DNA of 64,000 bases from Heptranchias perlo (Eukaryota), in the NCBI RefSeq assembly GCF_035084215.1, contig NC_090343.1:22444001-22508000 (forward strand), read 5' to 3'. A program made the translations under genes and the position numbers. The notes under the pieces were generated by a model, which was not told the origin of the DNA, did no database searches, and saw only the letters and a program-made list of their open reading frames with translations. Position 1 is the stretch's first letter. Every line of letters starts with the position of its first letter. Shown here piece by piece: positions 1 through 10,585 of this stretch.

Positions 1-638
1 TTTCTGTTTCTCACTCCAGCTATTGTAATAATGAGATGCCCAATTTGTGTGCAGGTTCATGCTGTGGACTCTTGCTCACTAGGGGTTGGTTTGAAACTGC
101 AGCAAACTCATTTCATGGAGGACTGCTAACGGTCAGCATAGAGGCAGTATTCATCCCATCAGATATGGATTCAAACCCAGGCTCCAGAGGTGAAAGGAAA
201 TTAGCCTGAGCCACTGACTCACCCAGATTGTCCCAGTTTTATTTAGATTCATACAAATCTACAGTACAATTATGCATTGGGATATATTGAAGTCAGGATA
301 AAAAGTGATGAATTTTGTTAAATGGGGTGGGCGGCCTGTCCGTGTGCATTAAAGGGGAATGGCATTATTTCTGTAGGATGATTCTGGTGCACATTTTTAC
401 CAGTGTAGTTGAGGTGACAAGCATTACCATCCCATTTTACTGAGTTATGCTCCCCAAAATTGCTTGATGACACGTGGTAAATCAAAGAAAAATTCAGTCC
501 TAGGATAGAATGAGTTTTCTAATTGAATACATGATTAATTGTGTCATAAACTGTGTGTGGCATTCAAAATCTCTCACAGATGGATTAAGTGATTGGGACA
601 TATTTAGTAGATTATTGGGGGAGAAGTTAGCTTCCATT

Positions 639-945
639 CGTTAAACCGAGGCCTGGTCTGCCCTCTTAGGTGGACGTAAAAGCTCCCATGGCACTATTTC
701 AAAGAAGAGCAGGAGAGTTAGCCCCGGCGCCCCGGCCAATATCCCTGAAACAAGCATCTTAAAAAAAAATTATCTGGTCATTATCACATTGCTGTCTGTG
801 GGACCTAGCTGTACGCAATTTGGCTGCCACATTTCCTACATTACAACAGTGACTACACTTCAAAAGTACTTAACTCGTTGTAAAGTGCTTTGGGACATCC
901 TGAGGCCATGAAAGGCGCAATATAAATTCAAGTTCTTTCTTTATT
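639..945 (+). mobile_element. Deu-domain SINE (SacSINE1/AmnSINE1-like), 5'-truncated
   Basis: CGTTAAACCGAGG..AAAAGxTCCCATGGCACT..GAAGAGCAGG..GGCCAA core and an L2-like tail. Confidence 0.75.
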
Positions 946-984
946 CTTTCATTGCATTTGTCATTTGGGCGCAATATGCATGTT

Positions 985-1752
985 GGGGGGACAAATTTCT
1001 GGCTGCAATCTTCCGGAAGTACATCGGCTGCTGCGACTTCTGAGTGCCCATGGCTTCGGCCTAATTCAGGCATTAGGCCCTTTGAGAATGTTAATTAGGG
1101 GCCTAACGCCTCTTTCAAGACCCCAATGCCAAATTCAGCAAGGAATGGGCAGGGCATGCCCTCTGCATTCCCCGCTCAGTTTTCGCGGGTCTATGACAGC
1201 TTAACCAGCTTAAAGGTACCACTGGGGACTGCCAGAGTTAAGATTTTCTTTTTTCATTTACTTTGGACAGTTACATGGGTAAGATGGGTATAGAGGGATA
1301 TGGGCCAAGTGCAGGCAATTGGGACCAGCTTAGTGGTATAAACTGGGCGACATGGACATGTTGGGCCGAAGGGCCTGTTTCCATGTTGTAAGTTTCTATG
1401 ATTCTATAATGTGGAGCCAAAAGGAGCAGGAGTACTCCTCCTGGCTTTACAGCAACACTGTGAACCACTGCTGGCCCATGCTTGTCTCCTCCAGTGCACT
1501 TACCACCTGGTTCCCCCCTGCCCCCCAGACTTATCTGCGAGCCGGCTCAGAGCCCAAGCCACCTATTTTAGGAAGGCCCCAACTGGCGAGCTGCATCAGG
1601 TCAACCGATTGACGTCCGCAGCTTGCCATTATTATGAAGATTAGGCCTGAGGCCCAGTTTGGAGCGAGCCTTGGGCTTCTGCCTTCAGGCACGCATTCTA
1701 GATGTATTGCCGATATTATGGCAGTTCCCGACAATAACCGAATTTATCAGCC
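985..1752. mobile_element. PIF/Harbinger-like MITE with an inserted CR1 3' end (about 1270-1407)
   Basis: Degenerate TIR GGGGGACAAATT / AATTTATCAGCC; internal similarity to the 58322 copy. Confidence 0.55.
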
Positions 1753-2664
1753 TATATTTCTTTACTGCTTCTCAAATATAATTTATGGTTTATTGTTTCC
1801 ATGCTTATCTTGATGTACTTTTATTCATGCAAATTAAATAGGAATAAGAACAGGGACTTACAGGAAAATTGCAGAGAATATAATAGTATATTGGAACGGC
1901 CTGACCTTGAAGCACCAGAAACACGTCAGTGGTAACTCAGCAGCTGATGCTGTCATTGGAACACATTCTTCCAGGTGTCAAGCCAGCACAGCAGCTGGGC
2001 TAGAGTGATGATGAGCAGTCTGCCTCTGAAGCAAACTATTGTCACCATCACTGACTCAGTCAGAAGAGGAGCAAAGTAGCCATTTAAAACTTCTGCTATA
2101 TTCTGGGAGTCCATCCGAATCTGCGCTGAGGAATTCTTTAATGGTGCTATAGAATCATTAATAGGCCTCTGACTTCTAATATAGCTGAAAAGGACCTTGC
2201 TATTACTACCAGTTATCCACTATCTTCTTTTCCAATATCCTTTGGCTGTTCTGATAACTTTTGTTACCTTTAGTTTTAGATCAATAACTACCCATTCTCC
2301 TGAGAACTATTTTCTTTATGCCTATAAAAATATTTCTTCTTAAGTCTAATTTATCCTTGAACATAAGCCGTGTAACAATTTGATTTTGTTTTACCATGAG
2401 CCCTTCTTTCAACTCCAGGCACATACATGGCTGCCTTTTGCATAAGAATGGTTTTGAAGGCATTCCACTTTCCTTCAGTGTCACTATTATCCCCTCCTAG
2501 TTCAAGTCATTTATCATCTTTGCAAATCCCCTCTTGAAATCTGGTACTATTGTCAAATTTTCAGCAGCTTTGGTTTGGTTGCTTAATTTAAATATAATAA
2601 TATTGTAGTCACTGTTGCCCGGGTGCTCCCCACTGGAGATCTGATATCGCATCTGGGTCACTAC

Positions 2665-3055
2665 TAAAAACAGAGAGGGAGAGAGATTAAACCAAGCAGG
2701 AGAGAACAGTTCAGAAGGGAAGGAACACACACAGACTGGGGGCAGAGTAGAGACACACAGGTGAGAGAGACAGAAGGGAAGGAACGTAGAGAAAGACAGA
2801 CTGGAGGGATGGAGTACGGCAAAACAGAAGAGGAGGTGAGAGACAAAGACGGGAAGGAGCAGAAAGACAGAAGGGACAAAGTAGAGGGAAGCACAAGGGA
2901 AGGAGCTAAGCAATAAAGAATGGAAGGTGAGAGAAACAGAGAGGCAAGGACGAACACAGAACGGAAGAAGAGAGAAATATACACAGAAAGGAACATAAGA
3001 TGGAAATAGAGAACAGAAAGTGAGGCAGAGAGACATATTGAAGGAAAGGACAGAA
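2665..3055. repeat. Purine-rich (GA/AC) low-complexity tract
   Basis: Strong strand bias; produces the spurious ORFs 2497-3036 etc. Confidence 0.85.
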
Positions 3056-4389
3056 ACTTTTTTCTCCAGACATCCAGACTTAAATATCCTGAATCTTAGT
3101 TACAAAGTATGAGAAGCTGAGAGCTTTTTTATTATTGGAGTCAGTTGTAAAAAGTTTTGAGAACTATTGTTATTGTTTAAGTTTATCGTCAAGGATGAGG
3201 TGCTTTGTGTGCGAGCCACAGGGAAACGTGTGTTTAAAAATTATGAGAATAAAATATATGTTTGCTTGAGGCCTTCAGGATTTCGCTCCAACAGAATTTA
3301 CTGTGCCCATCCTTGATGATGCACTGCTCTTCTGGGTCTTTTGCTTCCCCTCCTTCCCAATCCTTGAAAAATATTTTTTTTCCGGGAATTTCCTCAGAGC
3401 TGCTCCTGCTTCGTCACCATAATTTTGCTGGAAGTGCAGCGGTAACCTGATTTACGTGTGCAAGCGGGGTTTCCACGCATTTCTGTGAAGTTACAGCGAT
3501 GGAAAGGGAGAAGCTTAAAGGAAATTCCCAGCCAAACCATTTTGTTCTGATTTATTAATACAGCTACATGATGTTTTTATTTTAAAAACTAAAAAGAAAT
3601 CAAGTTGTATTTTAAAATGAGCACACAAGGAAGCAACCAAACTAAATTCAGCTTAAGCTATGTGAGCAGCAAGTTCAACAAGTTCTGTTTCCATTGTGTA
3701 AGCAATGTTGTTACTGGCACAATCCAGCCTGACTGAACCCAATGAACCTGCATGATCTGAACACAACATGAAAATAATTTATGATGTTTGTGAAAGCTCT
3801 ACATTATAACTTCATGAAGCAATGTTCAAAAGTATATTGGCACATTAGAGGATGTAGTTATTTGTATTTAAATAAAAACTAAATGCCATAGTTTTCTCCT
3901 GTTAAAACATGGCATTGATCCATATGGAGGAGGCAACCCAATGAACTAGATGAGATCATGCTTCATAGTCTATTTCAGATATGGGATTTTTGTAAATAAT
4001 TCTAGAGGTGCAACAGGGATGCTTGGATGTGAATGCACAGTACAAAAATAGCACATTCAAAGTGACTTGGATAATATTTGTTTTTCTATAAATATAAAAA
4101 GCACTTGCTGTCAAAAGCATTTGTTTTGAATAGTCAGGGTGGAAAGTATGACCGAAGAGTTTGGAATGATATTTGACCTTTAAATCTTTTTTCTGTTTTC
4201 ATCGGCTCCAATGTAAAGTTTAAGTGCAGTTATATGTCACAGTAACCTTTTGGAAAATTTCACATTTAAAGTGTTTGAAAGAAGTTACAATCTTTGGCAT
4301 GCAGTGCACTGGAAACCTGTTGTATTATAAAGCCGTACATACTTGGAAGGGACTTACAGAATTAATTCAGTCAACCTCCACTCATCCAA

Positions 4390-5300
4390 CAATAACCTAC
4401 TGTACATGTCTTGCATATGTCTTGAGTCACTCTGGCTCAGAACCTTTGAGCTGGAGCACGAGTTAGAGACTCTCCGACACATAAGGGAGGGGAGAGATGT
4501 AGATAATTTACTCCAGAACACAGTCACACCACACAGAGGGCTACAGGTAGAGGAAGAGGTGTTTGTGACTTACAGTCAGCAGGGTAAAGGGAACCCAGTG
4601 GAGGCAGAGGAGGAACCGCAGAAACTAGTCCTGTCCAACAGGTATAAAAGGTACAAAATACTTGCACCTTTTATACCTGTGGGGATGAGGAAGGAGGCTG
4701 CAGGGGGATGGCAAGAATGTTAACGGCATGGAGCAGGAGGCAGCCTAAGTGGGGGGAGAGGAATAGAATAGAAAGGTTGTAGTTACAGGGGATTTGATAA
4801 TTAGGGGGATAGAGAGTATCCTCTGCAGTCGTGATCAAGAGTCCAGGAGGGTGTGTTGCCCACCCAGTGTCAGGGTAAGAGATATCTCGAAGTGGCTGGA
4901 AAGGTACTTGGAAAGGGATGGGGGAAGAACCAGTTTTGTGATCCGTGTCAGAACCAACGCTATAGGAAAGACCAGAGAATAGGTCCGGCTAAGGGAGTAT
5001 CAGGACCCAGGCACTAAATTAAGAAGCAGAATCTTGACGATGGTAATCTCTGGTTTACTACCTAAACCATGTGCTATTTGGCACAGGGAGAAACAGATTA
5101 GGAAAGTGAATGTGTGGCTGAAAGAGTGGAGAGGGAGGGAAGAGTTCCATTTCATGGGATACTGACACCTGTACTGAGACAGGAAGGAACTGTACTGCTG
5201 GGACGGGCTCCATCTGAACGGGTTGGGGCCAGGGTCCTAGCAGAAAGGATAAACAGGACTACAGAAAGGACTTTAAACCTATAAAGGGGGTGGAAATAAT
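4390..5300 (+). mobile_element. Degenerate CR1 LINE ORF1 (Cys/leucine-zipper plus SGNH esterase-like)
   Basis: C..CLESLWLRTFELEHELETLRHIREG, LVLSNRY, VVTGD.IIRG...RRVCC motifs with stops and frameshifts. Confidence 0.75.
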
Positions 5301-5341
5301 AGTAAACCAAAGATAACAAAAAGGAGGGATAAGAGCAAAGG

Positions 5342-5551
5342 TCTTCTAATACCAGAGAAATTCTTGCTCATTTGTTCCCAGCTCCAAAGAACCTTGGTAA
5401 CTTGATTCACTCTCTGGGCAACCTTGATCCAGCCAGTTTGGACCTCCACTTTGAGAGAATGGTACCCTTCTGCTCCAAAGAGAGCCATCCTCTTTTGCAA
5501 TACCTCCTGCAGCAGGACCTCCATGGTGTCCTTAGGAAATGGGAGTGTTTT
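5342..5551 (-). mobile_element. Myb/SANT-like (trihelix) domain relic, probably from a PIF/Harbinger transposon
   Basis: F....MEVLLQEV....ALFG.....W.KVAQRVN......SWEQ..KNF..IRR pattern in ORF 5279..5614. Confidence 0.6.
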
Positions 5552-6800
5552 TCCAACATTCCCACTTGCACACACTTTGTAAAGGCAGAATTGTTCAAAT
5601 TTTTGAGCAAGCAATCATGTTTCTTGCCAGTGCAAAATAGCCCCATCCCTTTTAGGGCAAGTACACTGTTGACTAGGCTCCCTTCCAAACCAATCACTCT
5701 GCCGGCTGGGCTCCCTGCACACATGTTTCTTGTGGAGGAGCCTATTAAAATTAGGAGGAGGGGCTAGACTTTTAAAAATTGGTGATGCCACACCTCTCTG
5801 TTGCTAGATCAAGCAAGCCCTCACTGCCAGAAAGCCCAGCTCCAATTTTGCTTCCATGGCATAATCAAGGCTATCATGTAAACTGCAGCATGGCGGCACT
5901 GAGCTTCCATTACAAGGGGAACTGTAGGATCTTTACGTATGGATGAGCTAAGTGACCTTCCTCAATTGCATCTATCTTGTAATTTTGTGGAAGATCCCTT
6001 AAAATGCAAAGCCTGGAGCAGCTGAGCGGTCTGCAACAAGGCACATGACCTAATTTGAATGCATGCAAATTACCTGCTTCACCAGTAAAATGTACACCAC
6101 CCAAACTTGGTAATTACATCAAACACAAAGGTGGGCATACAATGAATGCTTGGTCTGGACTAGAGATGCTAAGGAGAGTGTGGTAAACCCTCATTCCATT
6201 AGCACAAATATCTTCATCATGATTTTGTTTAAATTAACTTAATAGTTTAGGTAGTAAATGTATCCAAAAGAACTGCACTTAAACAAAATAAATTAAACTC
6301 TGGTAGTTAAAAGTTGATGAAATAAATTGACGCAAGTATTTTTCTTAGAAGATAGTAAATTTATTTTATTACAAAAATATAAAACTAAACAATCCAAAAA
6401 ATACAATAGAGTAAATTCTATGAGACGACAGCTGGGGCATCACAAGCAGCTAAAGTATATAGGGAAATCATAAGTCTGTCCATTGAAATTAATAGGCCAA
6501 ACTGAATGAAGTCAAATTGCTGATGATTTCCCATATGCGTTGGCTACATTTAAGTGGCATGGGGCATTACAAAATTCACCCTAATATCTACAAATCTACA
6601 AGTGGCTGTAACACATGATAATTTTGCTAAATCACAGAAGCACTACACAAGCTGTTGCCTTTGATGTCCAGGACTTCCAAAATCATGTTACTATCGAATA
6701 TATAAAAAAACAACAATCAGCAGAATAAGCCTTCTAGTTCAAGCACGTGATTTTCCTTATGAAGAAAAATTCTGGAGGAAGAACTGTTCTGGTCATTATA

Positions 6801-6975
6801 TGGAGATGCCGGTGATGGACTGGGGTTAACAATTGTAAACAATTTTACAACACCAAGTTATAGTCCAACGATTTTATTTTTAATCCCACAAGCTTTCGGG
6901 GGCTTTCCCCGAAAGCTTGTGGGATTAAAAATAAAATCGTTGGACTATAACTTGGTGTTGTAAAATTGTTTACAA
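6801..6975 (-). mobile_element. Penelope-like element 3' end with a perfect 69-bp inverted duplication
   Basis: Arms 6833-6901 and 6907-6975; flanked by direct repeat CTGGTCATTATA(TG) (6789-6802, 6976-6989); same family as 15643 and 55861. Confidence 0.75.
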
Positions 6976-7124
6976 CTGGTCATTATATGTAGTGAGAATG
7001 TAAACACTTTCTTAAATCCATTATTATGTCGCCAAGACCAGAGCAATTCTTCCCCTCTTCATGTTCTACTCAGGAAACAAACTGTATTCCATATGGATGG
7101 AAGATGAAAAGTGCAATGAATATA

Positions 7125-7347
7125 GCAGTAGATTTTACAAATTAGGATTCCCAGCACAGAGATTTGCTCACTTGGTGCACTAATTGGAATATCGGGTGCA
7201 GAAGTTAGCACATCCGTTAATTTTAATGGCTGAAAAATCAGGCAAGCTGCAAAATGGGCAAACTAACTTCTGTATCTGATATCCCATTTAGCACTTCCAC
7301 CATGCAAATCTCTGCACTGGGAGCACTAATTGGCAAAATATACCTGC
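7125..7347. repeat. Fold-back MITE-like imperfect inverted repeat
   Basis: Arms of about 80 bp (CCCAGCACAGAGATTTGC / GCAAATCTCTGCACTGGG; GCAGAAGTTAG / CTAACTTCTGT); similar small elements at about 6410-6582, 36243-36410 and 36422-36596. Confidence 0.65.
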
Positions 7348-8309
7348 TGCTTTGGTAAAAACTAAGCTGATGATTCCTGCGCAAGTAAACAGTGCTCTCC
7401 ATGAAAGCCATCATGTGTAAACAGCTGTCTTAAAATTGACACTTTTTAGCCAGGAGAAACAAAAATCCATTTTGCGGCTTTAATCCAATATTTTACACAC
7501 ACCCAGAGATAACATTATTTTGAAATAATTGGTAGGGTCTTACATTCTGACCTTTGGATGAAGGACGTGAGGGGTTGCGTTCATATGCTAGGTGTCAATG
7601 AAATAAGTGGAACTGTAGCTAACCCCATAGACCCTGGTTTAATGACAACCCAGCACATGCAGTACGTATGCACTATATCCAGGGCCACTGGTTCACGTTG
7701 ATCAAATAAGTCAAATTCTGTTTTTATTCCATTGGATTACAAAATTTTTTACTAGTGTTTTGGAGATTGAATTCTGAAATTCTGCCCAGTTTTCCATGAA
7801 AACTGTAAATCTGCAGCCTTGATCCATCATTTACTGTTATATTTTCTCATAATTTCACCAGAACATCTGTATATCACCTAGAACACCCTTTGATTCAAGA
7901 TCCTGTAATTCATCCCATTTGTATTAAGGGTATATATTTACACATTCCACATTTCCTTCTGTTAATTGAGTTATATCAGAATGGGTGTTTTAGTCAGTTT
8001 TAATGGCACGTCAGTGAGCCCTGGTTACACAATAGCATTTTTCCCACATAAATGTTGTCCAAACATATATATTCCACACCATTATGCATTTTCTTTATCG
8101 TTTTGACAGCTTTTATCATTTGTCGAGACTCCCAAATAAGCTTGTTGCTGCAGGAAATTTTGGTGTTTCTAGGTAACTAACAGTAGCAGGTTTGAACAAG
8201 ATGGAAGTGTGTCATTTATACAGTAATTAATACAAGAATCTGTCAAGGGAACCCATTCAGATGAAGTTGCCTCAGATTTTCTATTATATGAGCAGGCGGT
8301 ACCTTCCAA

Positions 8310-8340
8310 TTACTCCTCCCTGGAACTATTAAAACCTTGT
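8310..8340 (-). CDS. PPDPFL: Probable PPDPFL terminal coding exon (R-QGFNSSREE*)
   Basis: ttatccttaaacag|A fits phase 2; followed by AU-rich UTR-like sequence and a minus-strand AATAAA at 7723-7728; no homology support. Confidence 0.4.
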
Positions 8341-8739
8341 CTGTTTAAGGATAACACTATCCAAAGTATTAAATATTTCAGATTCAGGTTTAAGATAATT
8401 GGACAAAAGCATATGACAATATATAAAATTCCCCAAATTATAATGCATGTGACACGTGCTCAGTAAGTCTAGGAAATAAATCTTCATCTGTGGGTACTGG
8501 AAAAAAAAGTGTTTATTTTAACAAAATATTTTATCATTCTTTCTTATCACTGGGCTAATAGTGTTTGCAAAGACTAACATGCAAAGAAAAAGATAAAAGT
8601 TTTACATCATTGTATTAATCTCAAACTCCATTCCAAGAAAACTAGATTAAATGGAAATTATCCCATGGGATCTAGCATACAAACACTTAACACATTCATC
8701 TGAAATTCTTCTCTCTACTATCTTAGCAAAGATGCTAAT

Positions 8740-10170
8740 CTATTTGTTTTAAAAGGGATAAGGTACACATCTGGTAATTACAGGTCAGTTAGTCTAATCC
8801 CATAGATGTAGTTTACTTGGATTTTCAAAAGGTGTTCAATAAATTTTCCCATACAGAACCGATAGGGAAGGTTAAGTCTCATGGCATATATGACAAGATG
8901 TCTGGGAGGATTGGGAATTAGGTTAACAGCAGAGGCTGTTGATAATGCACTGTCTGGGAAGAAAGAACCAGTAATGATGTTCCACAGGGATTTGTTCTGA
9001 AATGCCTGTTCACAGTATTTGTGAATGCTATGGAAAAGGAGTCTGTGGTACTCACAGTAATGATGTTGAATATACTAATAAAGCCATTTGGACAGGTAAG
9101 AAGTAAAAGATTATCTTCAGAGAGACTTGGACCAGTCATGTATAAGAGATATTTCAGGTGGATTTCAATATGGACAAATGTAGGATAATGCATATAGGAA
9201 CAGGTTAGAGTAAATGTTTATAAAATGAAAAGGTCCTATTTTAAACAGGTGGATTAACTCACTGAGATTAACCCTGTTTTGAATATTAGATCTGCATTTG
9301 CTATCCTCCAGTCTTTGGGTACTACTCAAGTATTTATAGATCTCTGAAAAATATGAACCAAGGAATCACTAATTTCCTCCATTAATTTCTTGAGGGTCTA
9401 GAATGTAGAGACTGTAACATAATTTAAAAGGAAATTGAATACTTTTTTTAAAAAAGAGAAGGGTACAAAAGTTACTGGAAAAGGGCAAGCAAATGGCATT
9501 TGAGTCCCATAAAGAAACAATTGAGCACATCCTCCTATAAGAGATAAGATGAAAACATCCTATTTTAAGTAGACCAGTTTAATTGTGCAGCCAGTCAAAC
9601 CCAACCCCATGACATAATTAAGTGTCTCCCTTTAAAGGGGAAACACCACAAAAAATTTTAGGGAGGGGTTGTTTTTCAACTAAAATAAGTAAATTAAATC
9701 AAAATGATAAATACAAGGGATGGGTCTTATTTAGAAATATGCCAATAACATGAAAGGGTCTTATTTTGAAGCTCCACTAACAGAGGCTAAAATGGAAAAG
9801 GATCTGGAAGTGATCATTGATCATAGCCTGAAAGCAGTTACTTAGGATGAAGCTGTATGATATCAAATACATACATCAGTAAATAAGAAAAAATATGACA
9901 AGGTGTTGGTATTTAGGATGATCCCTTTAAACATAAAGTCTATATATATATAATTTTCAATAAAATAAATCAGATTATAGAATGTATTTGAAGAGCATTG
10001 GATTACAAACAGGACAAGTTATGCTGATATTTTACCGATAAAGGGTGAGGCCACTTCTGGAATATGGCATGCAATTTTCGTCATTTTACCTGAAAAAGGA
10101 TACAAATGCATTATAAAGGGACTTGAGAAGAATCACCAGGATGATTGCAGGTCATATGTTATAAAGAAAA
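8740..10170. mobile_element. Highly decayed CR1 fragments
   Basis: NYR.VSL, VYLDFQK.F.K, KDLEV, RPLLEY.. remnants on +; an opposite-strand remnant at about 9270-9400. Confidence 0.55.
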
Positions 10171-10503
10171 GATCAAGTGATTAAACTTATTTTCGACCCC
10201 ACAAAGTTCCAGACACTATAAAGAGCACTACAATCAGTACTCAGAAAGAATAAGTAATTTATTCCCAGAGTAAGTTATATTTCCACTGCCCCCTCCTGCT
10301 CTCTGCTTCTGCCTCTGTCTCCTCTCTCCTCCACCTTCACCCTCCTCCTCCTTCTCCACCCCGCCCCTCCGTCCCCTCTCCTCCCCTCCACCACCTCCTC
10401 CTCCCCCTGAACGAAAGTACTCCCACTAGACTTTCCTTCCAGTGAAGTTCAAGCTACATAAATATTTAAGAAATAACAATCTAATATGAAACACAGAACC
10501 TAC

Positions 10504-10585
10504 CTCCCTACAGAGAACTTTGAAAATATTGGATTTGCAAACAAACAGGAAATCCACCAGCTTTTCTCCACTGCTATAGGTAAAC
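10504..10585 (-). CDS. PPDPFL: PPDPFL coding exon 3 (GLPIAVEKSWWISCLF...)
   Basis: cttcccag|GT TTA CCT; conserved GLP.....WW motif; donor GGAG|gtaggt (unspliced readthrough hits TAG immediately). Confidence 0.85.

Noticed and set aside
2497-3036. 179-aa hydrophobic ORF and overlapping ORFs
   Set aside because: Translation of a CT/GA low-complexity tract; no domain and no splice support.
6833-6975. Pre-miRNA or CRISPR-like interpretation of the palindrome
   Set aside because: TSD-flanked, multi-copy retroelement end; no repeat-spacer array; eukaryotic context.
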